A DNA stretch of 64,000 nt from Octopus sinensis (Eukaryota), in contig NC_042997.1 in NCBI RefSeq assembly GCF_006345805.1, forward strand, positions 196,168,001 to 196,232,000. Reading direction: 5' to 3'. The notes under the pieces were generated by a model. The model saw nothing but the letters and a program-made list of their open reading frames with translations, did no database searches and was not told where the DNA came from. This document shows, piece by piece, positions 37,440-50,599 of the stretch. Position 1 is the first letter of the stretch; each line of letters opens with the position of its first letter. The translations under genes were made by a program, and so were the position numbers.

Positions 37440-38400
37440 ATGTTTTATTCTTAAACAAGAATATTGCTGACAGTGGTTTCGAAGTTTCGGACCTTAACCC
37501 ATCGTCAGACATTGCTTTTCATACTCTGCCACAGGAATTAAGATGTTGTTAGTATTTGATAATGAATAATATTGCTTTGTTATTGTGTTAGCTTTGAATT
37601 GTATTATCATCAAATGTATGAGAAAAAAATCTTAAATTTGGTAATTTGTTATATTCACACGTGTCTATGTGTTTATTGAGTCGTATTTTAAGTTGCGATC
37701 CTTGCAAGTTCATCCGTAGACGTAAGATGTTTTTTGTTTGTCTTATGTAATATTCACATCTTCAGCGTGTTATTACATAAATTATATTTTCAGTTGTACG
37801 GGAGAAATTATTTTTTATTGTAAATATTTGAAACGGATCTCCGATCCCTTTGTCAGATTGAAACATACCACACTTGGATCTTCCGCATTTTTGTTGTTGG
37901 TTTCGTTAGTATTGCGTGAAATTGGGCTGAGTTATTATTTACTCATTGATTTTGATTTGTCATTTACTCTTCATGATGTTGTGTATCTGGAATATTTGGC
38001 TCATCCTCGGATCCATTTTCAGTAACGGTATGTTGTGGAATATAAAGTTGTAGACCTCATTGTTTTGAGGATTGTAGGAGGAGCTGTATGGCAAGACCTT
38101 CAATTTCCATTCACCTTTTTGTTTGGTTGTCTAAGTTCCTGGACACTGTATTTCTAGGATCGTTGAATTCTATGATCGATTAAGGATAATGTGTAATTCT
38201 TGTCATGGCGTTCATTGAGAAATATGTAACGAAACGTTTGTATCAGACAATATTGTACATCTACATCTGGTTAAGTTTTAAATTATATTCATTCTGGTAT
38301 GCGTCGGATGGCTTGAATTGAAAGGAAGTCCGTACTTTTAAAGAAAATGTCCATCTCTACTTGGCGTTTGACTTTCTTTATAATGATGCTAAAAATGGGA
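37440..38400 (-). mobile_element. Penelope-like element remnant (RT C-terminus plus GIY-YIG), heavily decayed
   Basis: MDIFFKSTD; KVLPYSSSYNP; KCGRSKC; ENIIYVIT..YI.QT; CTGACGA..GAAA motif at ~37470-37510. Confidence 0.75.
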
Positions 38401-38907
38401 GGGAGATAGCTAACCAGTAATAACAATACTGCGGCTAATACTCCTGTCCTTTCTACCACCACCAACAGATATAATTACTACCACTTTCATAAACCGGCCA
38501 ACACTACCAATTGGCAACAACTAGGAGGACACGAAATAAAGCAATATGTAATTTTTATGAGAAATATATGAGGGCGTCCAGAACTGATACTATGTTATAT
38601 ATACTTTAATTCTTCTGTTTTGCCATTTTATTACAGCATGAAGAGGTCGTACTAAACGAGCGAAACCGGAAGCTGCACACTTACAAAAATATACATATTC
38701 ACTTACAGGTTCTGTAAGAATGCTCTTTTTTTTTATATTTAAGAGGAATTATGTACATTGATGTACACTATTTACATATGATGGATATTTGTCCACTTCT
38801 TGTTTGTTGTTACCACAACATTTTGGCTAATACATCCACCAGCTTTCATCAGGTGTCTTTGGGAAATTTCGAAAACTGGGTTCACATTCCTAATGTATTT
38901 TCGATAC

Positions 38908-38938
<31 letters not shown>

Positions 38939-38939
<1 letters not shown>

Positions 38940-39180
38940 TATGTTTGACTTTTGCTTTATATTTGTACAAGTTGGCTCCAAGTCTCACCCAGAGACCTCA
39001 AGAGACAACAGGCTGGAAGTTCATGTTGTTGTTATGCCTAGTGTGCTATATATTTGTTTGTTTTTTTTTATGTTGTACTAGTGAATGTCTAAAAAAAAAC
39101 CCAAAATTATGTTTGTTTTAAACCTTGAGAATACATAGAAAGTATTTTGCGTAGGATATGAGCAGTTCCCATGAGCACTA
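38939..39180 (-). mobile_element. R4/Dong-like LINE 3' end in (TAA)n, twin of 22129-22448
   Basis: Near-identical 3' UTR; (TAT)n on both sides. Confidence 0.85.
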
Positions 39181-39665
39181 TTATTATTATTTTTTTATAT
39201 TATTATTATTATTATTATTATGATTATTCGGGTCAATGTCTGGGATCGAACGCAGAATCCACGCGACCGGTATCCGGCTAGCCATGATCTTTGTTTTTGG
39301 CCTGACTGCCAACCGCCAACACCTGCTATGTTCCAGCGTTTACGCTTTTACTTCATACACCCCATCTCAATTTGTTATAGTCTTGTTATTTGTATTTGTA
39401 ATTGTGTACTATGTTCTCCGTTTTTCCTCTTTGTTTCTTTCTTACAAAAAATCTAATACTCTTAGCTTTGACTATTTTGCGCGGCAACCAGATCGAACTG
39501 TCTCAAGTGTATCTGTCCGAACAGAAAGAAGGCGATGAATGACTCTTCCTTTATTTCCCTGTTCTTCTAATTGTTGTTTCTCCTGTCCGCCTTTGTATCG
39601 TCTATCTATTCGAATGTTTCAATGTCCTCTATTGCGTTTTTGTTCATTTTATATATATACCAAAA

Positions 39666-40054
39666 GTGGAGGCACAATGGCCCAGTGGTTAGGGCAGCGG
39701 ACTCGCGGTCATAGGATCGCGGTTTGGATTCCCAGACCGGGCGTTGTGAGTGTTTATTGAGCGAAAACACCTAAAAGCTCCACGAGGCTCCGGCAGGGGA
39801 TGGTGGTGATCCCTGCTGTACTCTTTCACCACAACTTTCTCTCACTCTTACTTCCTGTTTCTGTTGTACCTGTATTTCAAAGGGCCGGCCTTGTCACTCT
39901 CTGTGTCACGCTGAATATCCCCGAGAACTACGTTAAGGATGCACGTGCCTGTGGAGTGCTCGGCCACTTTCACGTTAATTTCACGAGCAGGCTGTTCCGT
40001 TGATTCGGATCAACCGGAACCCTCATCGTCGTAACCGACGGAGTGCTTCCATCC
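39666..40054 (+). mobile_element. SINE family A, full length
   Basis: TSD atatataccaaa. Confidence 0.93.
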
Positions 40055-40696
40055 ATATATACCAAAGAAGATACCCAACAATTCATTTAAAACAGTCCCA
40101 ATCAGTATGATAATCCATAACCACCTAGTTTTAGGTCACTTGACCATCTAACATCCTACTACTATCAAACCACCCTCACATTCTTTTATTATTCTTTCTC
40201 TTCTTCTCTTTCTCCTTCTTCTTCGTCTTCATCTTCCTTTCTGCCTTCTTCTACTACTGCTGTTTAGAATAACACCCACACAAATATCAAAAACAATACA
40301 TTCAAAAGAGATACCTCAAGAATTCAATCAATACTACCTTCCGCAACAAGTCACTTTCAGGACAATTGACCATTTAACATCCTGCTACTATCACGCTATT
40401 CACGCATTCTTCTTCTTCTTCTTCTTCCTCTTCTCCTTTTCTGCCAAGAATTCACAACGACCTCGAACCCACAAGAGTAAAAAAGAACGACAGAAACAAG
40501 TAGAAACAAGGAAAATACCGCTGGTATTTGAATACTATGCAAATGTTCTTTTTAAAAACTTTCCATTTAATTTTTCAAAAATTTAATTGTTTTCCATACT
40601 TAGGGTTGAAAAAGTTTGAATGACTGGAATCGGCACTAAAATGTGTTTTTATGATAAAATTACTTTACCATTTTCTACCTTGAATTATCTTCCTCA

Positions 40697-40699
<3 letters not shown>

Positions 40700-40731
<32 letters not shown>

Positions 40732-40750
40732 GTATGTATGTATGTGTGTA

Positions 40751-40792
<42 letters not shown>

Positions 40793-40881
40793 TATGTATG
40801 TATGTATGTGTGTATGTGTGTGTGTATATGTATGTGTGTGTGATATGTATGTATGTATGTATGATGTATGTGTTTTTATAC

Positions 40882-40912
<31 letters not shown>

Positions 40913-40924
40913 TATGCTTATATA

Positions 40925-40955
<31 letters not shown>

Positions 40956-41053
40956 GTTTTTATACATATATATATATATACACACATATATATGCTTATA
41001 TATATGTATATGTATGTATGTATGTATGTATTTGTGTGTTTTATACCTATATA

Positions 41054-41097
<44 letters not shown>

Positions 41098-41112
41098 TAT
41101 GCTTATATATAT

Positions 41113-41143
<31 letters not shown>

Positions 41144-41290
41144 TTGTATGTATGTTTTTTATACATATATATATATAATATATATATATATATATACCAC
41201 ACATATATTATGCTTATATATATATATATATACGTATGTATGTATGTATGTATGTATGGATGTACTATAATACGTTCATATATATATATT
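40700..41290. repeat. (TATG)/(TG)/(TA) microsatellite field
   Basis: Direct reading. Confidence 0.92.
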
Positions 41291-42149
41291 TTGCCAACTT
41301 AGTGTATTCATATGCCTCCTGGTGTCTTTCATTCAGATATTCCCACATAATAAATATTGTATAGTTGACACATCTCAAGTATTATACAAGACAATATCCT
41401 ATACACACACACACACATGCTTCACACGCATTTCCTTGCTTTTTCCCGTTTTCTTAGCTTTAATAACTCAATAAAGATTTTACGTTAATTAACAGCCAAT
41501 AGTTTTGGGACTTCAACACTTTCTTCCTATCATTGTTTATTTTTAACTTTAACCATGAAATAATTTGTAATATTAATGAAAGACACTTTCTTCTAGAATG
41601 TTCCATGACGCTTCGAATAGGATCCATTCATTGAAATCGTTTAAATCATCTTAACAGTTTTGATGAGTTGTTATAATTTCTTCCTATCGATTTTTATCAA
41701 TTATTCATAAAAAGATTCCGCTCATTTATTGCATACTGTAATTAAAATACAGAGAAACGTTGTATTTCTTCATTCGTTTGCAAAATATTTTGTTGTTTTC
41801 AAATTATATTTTATATTCCTTCTCCAGGTTTGTGCTGGCAGAAGCAACACAAAATATAAAGCAATTAATCGTATTCTGTTGGGAGAAAAGAGAACTAAAC
41901 TTTACGATTATTGACGTTTTTGTATGTATTGACGTTCGATATTCTCTTGGTTCTCTCTCTCTCTCTCTCTCTCAAGAAATCGAGAATTGAAATCAGGTTG
42001 CCGTCTGAGACAATACTGCTACACAAACAGACCAATACTATTACACATACAGACTAATACTGCCACATATACAGACATCCTAGCCTGAACGACGTCCAAA
42101 CACTAGATTGATTGACATAGAATCACTCACCAATACCACAATCACTGTA

Positions 42150-42400
42150 ATATCTTGCCCTGAGGTGTGCTGTCACTTCTGTCTGCCATAACTATCGATA
42201 CATCAGTGGCCTCTGCTCCCTAGAAATACCTGTCCCATTCCTCGACATTCATAACTTTCCGACCCATTCATTTCTTCCTCTTTAATCTCTCATCCAATCC
42301 CAGTCATTTATGTTTAACCGTCACTCACATGACAGTTTCACCTGGTAACTCGCACCGCACTTCTACTTGCGTTAGGGGTCTATGTAGTTGCAGTCAGACA
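42150..42400 (+). mobile_element. Decayed L2-like LINE 3' fragment
   Basis: RCAVTSVCHNYRYISGLCSLE resembles the L2 RR.VASL.LFYRY..G.CS.E motif. Confidence 0.4.
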
Positions 42401-42954
42401 TAAAAACCCTATTGACCCTATTCCATTTAACCCCACGTTATATCAAGAATGCGACAGCTGAACAAAGAGAGAGGCTTGAATCAGCCGTCAGCTAATACTC
42501 ATTTTCAACAGAATTGATGGGAGCAATGCCACCCAGTATAACAATCGAACTCGTGGCATTATATATGTGTATACACAATCCTAAACAGTAGGCTACAAGG
42601 CTTCACGCCCCAAATTACAATATTTCGCTCACTCAATCCATCTGTGATCGTGTGCCCACTACAGGTCCTCATTCAGTCAATCGTTTTCCTTCGGTCATCA
42701 TCATATATTGGAACTGTTAAATATATTATATATTATATATATATTATATATTTATTTATTTATTGGAACTGGTAATGTTGACAGAGTTTCAGACAGAATA
42801 CTTGGCGTCATTTCTACGAAACCTTCCACTCAGAGTTCAATCGCCATGAGATCAGTTTTGTATATCATTTTTTCGAGTTCCACGAAAACAATTACCATTG
42901 AAGAGTGAATGAATATATATATATACATATATATAATATATATATATAATAATA

Positions 42955-42998
<44 letters not shown>

Positions 42999-43025
42999 AT
43001 ATATATAATATATTATATATATATA

Positions 43026-43082
<57 letters not shown>

Positions 43083-43306
43083 GAGAAATGGGTTAACGCA
43101 GGTGTTATTCAAATCTTTTCGACATATGTTTCGCAGAAAACATTGATATTATTCTGGAGGGAATAAAATTATATAAAACATTGCCATCATCTCATTAGAG
43201 AAAAAAAGAGAAATAAAACTCCACTTAGGTGATCATCATATAACATGCAAATAAATCAGTAAGTACATCCATTTATTCTCGATTTTCTTCCCCTTGTTTT
43301 CCCGCA

Positions 43307-43341
<35 letters not shown>

Positions 43342-43974
43342 ATATATATACACACACATACCCACGCACACGCACACACACATCCATACACACACACACA
43401 CCTTAAATTCTGGTGTAGGAGGAAATTCTGAAGCTGTTGTAGGAAGCTGGTACATTTGATCCAGGAAGCTCCAAGATGATGAATGTGTTATCGCTTGTCA
43501 AATATTTTACCTAGAGTCACCATTTATTTTAAATGATTGAACCAAAACTATCCTCAGATTCAGTATATATAATTGATTTGCTAAATCCTTTTGTATTCTT
43601 AGAGAACCACTGAAAAATCTTATTTTCTATTAAGAGAAAGTGAAATTGTTAGGAACATATCTCTCCCCAAGCAACTAACTCAACAATGGATGAAATATTT
43701 CATATAATTGCTTAAAGTTAACAGAACAATTATCAGTTATATAATGATTTCGCAGCTGATCATAGAGTTGCTATTTATAACAAGACGACGAGGCTTTTGA
43801 GTATAGAATATTTGACCAGATACACAACGCCATGTAAATAATGAGATATAGCCTGGCAAGCCGTTGTTCTATAAGCCACTATACATTCCATATAGCTTAC
43901 AAAAAGGCAGACGGTTTTTGTGACATAAATTGATATTGAAATGTTGGTTTCAAATATGGCACAAGGTCGCTAAT

Positions 43975-44162
43975 GTTGCGGGAGTGGATAAGTCAATTGC
44001 ATCGACTCCAGTGCTCAACTGGTATTTATTTTATCGACCACGAAAGGATGAAAGGCAAAGCTGACGTCGGTGGAATTAGAACGCAGAAAATAAATAAGGA
44101 TGACATGTCACTAAGTATTTTGCACAGCGTGCTAACGATTCCGCCAGCTCGCCGTCTTCAAT
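43975..44162 (-). mobile_element. SINE family E
   Basis: Head gacggcgagctggcgg; body tcgaccacgaaaggatgaaaggcaaag. Confidence 0.8.
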
Positions 44163-44289
44163 TGATATTAAAATTAAAAAGACATACGCACCTACTACAT
44201 ACACTATCACCAAGCCCTGTGCATTATTCACTCATGTCCTAGGACCCACATGATCAGCTACCCGGTTTTTAGGGCATTTAAGTGACCGA

Positions 44290-44455
44290 GATTTCATCCC
44301 ACTTGCATAGGACGCCAGTCCCTTGTAGTGTTACTCATGTACATGTAGGCTGGTTGAGCAACATGAAATGAGGTGCTTCGCCCAAAAACATAACCAGGCA
44401 GAGAATCGAAACGGCGCTCTTGCGAGCAACACTTCATCTACGACGCCACTCGCAT
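44290..44455 (-). mobile_element. Diverged SINE related to family C
   Basis: gtttcgattct..catttcatgttgctc and gactggcgtcc blocks. Confidence 0.5.
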
Positions 44456-44537
44456 TCGCTTTGGTGCATACATTCGCATATTTCTTTTGTTAGCTTGTAC
44501 GCTCCTTAAACACTAACAACAATATATATTTCAGGTA

Positions 44538-45140
44538 TTGAAGGCGGCGAGCTGGCAGAAACGTTAGTGCGCCGGGCAAAATGCTTAGCGGTATTTCGTC
44601 TGTCGTTACGTTCTGAGTTCAAATTCCGCCGAGGTTGACTTTGCCTTTCATGCTTTCGTGGTCGATAAATAAAGTACCAGTTGTGCACTGGAGTCGATAT
44701 AATCGACTTAATCCCTTTGTCTGTCCTTGTTTGTCCCCTCTGTGTTTAGCCCCTTGTGGGTAGTAAAGAAATAGGCATTTCGTCTGTCGTTATGTTCTGA
44801 ATTCAAATGATGCACAGGTCGACTTTGCCTTTCATCCTTTCGGGGTCGATAAATAAAGTACCAGTTTCGCACTAGGGTCGATGTAATCGACATAATCCCT
44901 TTGTCTGTCCTTGTTTGTCCCCTGTATGTTTACCCTCTTGTGGGTAGTAAAGAAATAGGTATTTCGTCTGTCGTTACGTTCTGAGTTCAAATGACGCCGA
45001 GCTCGACTTTGCTTTTCATCCTTTCGGGGTCGATAAATAAAGTACCAGTTTCGCACTGGGGTCGATGTAATCGACTTAACCCCTTTGTCTGTCCTTGTTT
45101 GCCCCCTCTATGTTTAGCCACTTATGGGTAGTGAAGAAAT
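44538..45140 (+). mobile_element. SINE family E: one head plus three 184-bp body units
   Basis: atttcgtctgtcg at 44593, 44777 and 44961; 16-bp TSD atatatatttcaggta (44522-44537 / 45141-45156). Confidence 0.92.
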
Positions 45141-45747
45141 ATATATATTTCAGGTAATAAAAGTCCCAGTTTCAAGATGTTCCATTGTTTTACAACATTT
45201 ACCTTCACTTTTACTAAATTATGTTTCTGAATGTGTTACTTACGCGACCAATATTTCCCTTAATATATTGATCTCGATTTGGAAGACACGACGTCTCGGA
45301 TTTATTGATTTTAAACTAACATTGTTGAAGTTGGAAACCATAATTAACGATGTTATTGTTCATGTATATTGCTATGTAAATTAAATAAAATCTAATGTAA
45401 TCAAGCACAACCAGGGAATTAAACTTGAAATTGTACTTGGCTTCGACCTTCGCTTATTTCTCACTAAAAATAATTCAAACTTCCAAGAATATTACTTTAT
45501 TCTACCTCAACCAAAATGTAAGAAAACGGTAGAAATGAGTAATAAATTATCCTGGCTAATGTGTCTGTTCGTGTCTTTATTGTTCTCGGATGAGATACGT
45601 AGTTCTTCGCAATATCACATAATATCTTTTAATACCACGCACTTAATACAGGTATATGTTTACAGTTCTATATTTAAGAGATGAGGGATTATGTACGTTA
45701 CATTATTTACATTTGACGGATATTTGTCCTCAGCTTGTTTGTTGTTA

Positions 45748-45791
45748 ACACAATGTTTCGGCTGGTATACTCTCCAGTCTTCATCAGGTGT
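45748..45791 (-). ncRNA. Minimal type I hammerhead within a Penelope-like foldback (45690-46010)
   Basis: acac CTGATGA a gactgg-agagtata-ccagcc GAAA ca TT gtgt; decayed sibling at ~38815-38860. Confidence 0.65.
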
Positions 45792-45900
45792 CTTGGGGAA
45801 ATTTAGCTCTTGGGCTCTCAATCCTAAGGTAGTTTTCGATGCTATTATTATTATTATTATTATTGTTCTTATTATTATTATTATCATTATTATTATTATT

Positions 45901-45967
45901 CAGGTCACTGCTCGGAATCGAACTCGGAACGTTGGGGTTAGTAGCCCGCGCTCTTAACTACTACGCC
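45901..45967 (-). mobile_element. Very short tRNA-derived SINE with (TAA)n tail
   Basis: ggcgtagtagttaagagcgcgggctactaacccc...gagttcgattcc then aataataat; diverged relative at ~39230-39285. Confidence 0.7.
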
Positions 45968-46029
45968 AAACAAGATGAGGACAAATATCCGTCAAATGTA
46001 AATAAGGTTGATATATGTTTATCTTCTAG

Positions 46030-46380
46030 TTGTTTCACTCATTAGACTGCGGCCATGCTGGATCATCACCTTGAAGAATTTTTGCCGAACTGTTTGATAA
46101 GTGTACCTTTTTTTTTTAAAGCCTGGTACTTATTCTATCGGCTCTATTTGGGGAAACCGCTAAGTTACGGGAACGTAAACACACCAACACAAGTGATCAA
46201 GCTGTGGGGAAGGCGGAGAAACATAGACACAAACACACACACACATAGATAGATAGATAGATAGATAGATAGACTTCGGTGGGTCTGAGGCTATAGTAAA
46301 AAAAAAAACCACTTGTATAATGTGCCACGCAGTGGGACTGAACCCCGGACCATCTGGTTGGGAAGCAAACTTCTTACCAG
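46030..46380 (-). mobile_element. SINE family D variant with internal (GATA)n
   Basis: Head and tail blocks match family D. Confidence 0.8.
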
Positions 46381-46837
46381 TCAATCACATTTATTTATTT
46401 TAAGCGAATATCTAGTTAAATAACGTAATTTCTTTAAATCATGATCGTTTGTATGCAGTATTCTTGTTGGCCAATCATCAATATCTTATAAGACTTTCTG
46501 AATATTTCGGCTGCAGAAATACAAGCTCTGCAAAATTGAAGGTAACAAATTTTAAGCCAACATATTTCTAATTTTATATTTTACAAGTTATAGTATAGCT
46601 GTAAGATTATAATGATTATCATTCATGATAAGTTAGATGCATATAAATCTAATATTCAGGAATTGAAACTTAATATTGATGTTAATTTTGAAGTATTATC
46701 TATCAAATTGAACTATACTACGATTCTATAATACACAGGAAGACATTGCTGTAAAACGTACATAACTTTTATAACTTAGATATGTTTCGGCCAAAAATTG
46801 GTCAAGACCATGTCTAATTTAATAATAGCACCAATTG

Positions 46838-46924
<87 letters not shown>

Positions 46925-47097
46925 GTTTGTATGATTGCGTGTATAAAAATATATTAATCAATGAAATTTCAACTTGTCTGGTTCTCACAATTTATTCTTT
47001 GCAAGCTTTAGAATTTTACAATAATCTAGTACTTTCACGTGTTTTGCAATCATCAGGTTTATGTGGTGACAGCAGTGTTCTACACACACACACGCAG

Positions 47098-47129
<32 letters not shown>

Positions 47130-47155
47130 TATATATATAATATATATATATATAT

Positions 47156-47194
<39 letters not shown>

Positions 47195-48067
47195 AGATAG
47201 ATAGATAGATAGATATCGTAACATATGATTGCCAACGGAATGTGGCGTCCTATACAGAACAGTGCTATTGACGTTTATAGCCCAAGGAAGGCATGTGTCC
47301 GATTAGAATTTGCGAGAATGTGTCGCTAGCCAGCTGGAAGAGATGTTTTCCTGAGTCTATAGACGTCAGTGGCACTGTCCCATATAAGACGCCACACTTG
47401 GTTGTCAATTATATGTTACGATTCCGTATTGCTAATGTTTGTATCTCATTCATTATATCTTATTCATTAAAATTATATGATTGTCTAAGGAACGTGTCCA
47501 GATTACCAAACGGCAACTCAGAGCAGTTTCCCTTGAGGGGATAAACTCAAGAATTAAGTATTTCTCCAAAGATGACATGCCATTAATGAAATGGAAAAGC
47601 ATACTGCACGGGAATAAGAGGACAGTCGTGGATACATATTTTTGCCCTAATAAGCAATATGAGTACAATAAATGTCCTAATATGTCTCTAGTCAAACAAA
47701 CGAAATAGACATAAACAAAAATAGTAAAAGACATTTACTTCACAAGATATTTTCATCAGTTAAGCAGAATTGGGCTAAGGGAAATAACTCTAGGTCACGT
47801 CTAAGACAATGCAAAATAATTTCTTAATTTATTGAAATGATACTCACATCTAGGTCATGCGTTAGAATTACCAATTAGTTATTGAGAACAGTTCTATATG
47901 AAAGTGGGTGCCGATCTCAAGAATTAAGAATTCTCCCAATTTAACAGCCTATTAAGAAAACAGGCAGACTTATTGTCTGGGAACAAGAGGGGAGCCACGG
48001 ACACTTTCTGCTTTCACATGCGCCATCAGCATGACAATTGTCCTAAACTGTCTCTTGCAATCAATGA

Positions 48068-48123
<56 letters not shown>

Positions 48124-48266
48124 GCGTGTGTGCGTGCGTGCGTGTATTTCTGTGTGTGTATGTATTTAATTTTATTAATTAAAAGCCTTGGGAAAGGAAT
48201 GTATATCACAACTACACACATTATTCATTGACAACACACACACATACACATATATATATATATATG

Positions 48267-48297
<31 letters not shown>

Positions 48298-48889
48298 GCT
48301 AATATATATGTGCGTATTTGTACATGCACACACGCCAATACACGTATTTGTATGCATGTGTGTATGTATGTATGTATGTATGTATGTATGTATGTATGTA
48401 TGTATGTAGATATGAATGTGTGTTTGTGTTTGTGTATAATATATACGAAATTGTCACAAAAATGAACGATGAAAGCCAATCATGAATTAAAGCACTAGAA
48501 AGTTGAAGAAAAAAGATTATATAGAATTTGCTCTTCAGGAATGTCATGATGCTAAACTATACCCCTCAGTCCCTGCAATGTGTAAGTCAGAACTCACATC
48601 TTGCTTTGTATAACTCCCTATGTTTTGAAATTATCGTTTCCATAAGACATCGAACTAGGAGAATTGTTAGTACACCGAACAAAATGTTTCAACGCGTTTC
48701 TTCCGGCTTCCGATTCTTAGTTCAAAGGCCACCGAGGTCGACTTTAGCTTTAATCTTGCAGAATCGATAAAACAAGTGCTAGTCGAGGTAATCCAGTAAT
48801 GCCCACGCTCAGTATTCGGGGCCTGTGCATATAAAAGAAAATATAACTTTCATATGAATTACACACAAGTACCCAATATTGCTCTCGAA

Positions 48890-49125
48890 TAATAGAAGTT
48901 GTGACATCCATGCCTTTTCCAGTGTTATTAATTAAGAAAATTTCCTACGTGTGTTGTCAATGAATAACGTGTGTAGGTGTGATATCCATTCGTTTCCCAA
49001 GGCTATTAATTAATAAAATTAACTAGATATGTTATTCGAGAATGGAGCGAGCAATTGTGCTATCGAAGCCTTTTCAAAGGCTATTAGTTAATAAAATTAA
49101 ATACATATTTAGTTTTTGGATTTGG
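48890..49125 (+). repeat. Degenerate 78-bp tandem repeat x3; inverted copy at 48163-48242
   Basis: gtga(c/t)atcc..ttattaattaa.aaaatt at 48901, 48979 and 49057. Confidence 0.7.
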
Positions 49126-49789
49126 TTTGCAAGATTCTTTATGTGAGTTCGTGTGTTGAAGCATATTCTGTTTTGTCTGGGGAGAGTCATTTTCTTTTTG
49201 AGTCTAATAATTTAACACACTCACCAGTAAAATTTCGACTTATTTCTTATTTTTATTTTCCTAAAATTTTCCTTGCGTCTTGCAAACTTTTCAATAGTCT
49301 TGAAAATACATATGTTATCATACGAATGATGTGAGAAGCTGTGATATTCATGCCTTTTTCAAGTCTTTTAACATTTTAAACAAACTAAAATGGCCTCCAC
49401 TAAAAGTATCGTACCGATTTTGATTGAGCATATTCCGGTTTTTCTTTTATACACTCAACCAAATTAGGTCCAGTGTTAAAGGAAGAATTTTGTTCCCTGT
49501 TCTTCGATTGACATTGAAGATACAATGGAGACCTGCAGTGATATCAACTCAATTATTGTTTCACTATTCAAACACTATTTCTACACGACAATGGATTCTT
49601 CAAGTATTCGCTGTCTATAATTGTCTTGTTATCAAAAGCATCCAATTATAAGCTTGGCGTTAATAAGTAGGCATTTAATATATTCTATCTTTAAGAGATT
49701 TTAATGGAGAAATTGGAACCCGTTAATGTTTGTCAGTTACCTTTACCTTCAGAAAACGTATAATTAAATCGACCAGTGAATGACATCGA

Positions 49790-49912
49790 GTATGCATGTA
49801 TGCATACACAGAAACATACACACGTACACATACACACGCATACATGTACACACAACCATGTATGTATGCATGCATGCATGTCTGCATGTTTGTATGTATG
49901 TATGTATGTAAC

Positions 49913-49943
<31 letters not shown>

Positions 49944-50100
49944 CTATGGATGTATGTATGTATGTATGTATGTAACTGTGGATGTATGTATGTATGTAAC
50001 TATGTATGTATGTATGTAACTATGGATGTATGTATGTATGCATGTATGTAACTATGGATGTATGTATGTATGTAACTATGTATGTATGTAACTATGTATG

Positions 50101-50131
<31 letters not shown>

Positions 50132-50200
50132 CTATGGATGTATGTATGTATGCATGTATGTATGTATGTAACAATGGATGTATGTATGAATGTATGTATG
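49790..50200. repeat. (ATGT)n with periodic aactatgg interruptions
   Basis: Direct reading. Confidence 0.9.
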
Positions 50201-50599
50201 TATTTCAAGGCAGAGTTTACTCTGAAGTTTTGCCATTCTTTTTTTACTTTACTAATCGCAAGTGGAACATGATAATTAATGGAAACTCTGAGTAGCGATA
50301 GATTTAAACGCCAGCTTTGAGCAAATTAATAAAATTACGTACATATATTGAGTACATTTCCGCTGTTTGCATACCCTTATATATATATATATATATATAT
50401 TGTCTTTTATCTTTTATGGGTTTCAGTCAGTGTCTGAGGCCATGTTGGTGCATCGCCTCAACTGCATCCTGGGATTTTTCCAGTATTGCTTCAGGTGTAG
50501 TAGCTAGTTGGACGTTGCCGCTCTTCTTCGTGCCTCCTGCTGCGATGTCGGTTCATCCGGAATTGCAGATAAAACAACTGTCTAGACTTTTTTTTTTTT

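Noticed and set aside
45901-45967. Functional tRNA-Ser gene
   Set aside because: Acceptor and anticodon stems do not pair fully and it runs into a (TAA)n tail; treated as a SINE. The heads of SINE families A-E were rejected as tRNAs for the same reason.
48890-49125. CRISPR array
   Set aside because: Eukaryotic context, degenerate repeats, only three units, no cas genes or leader.
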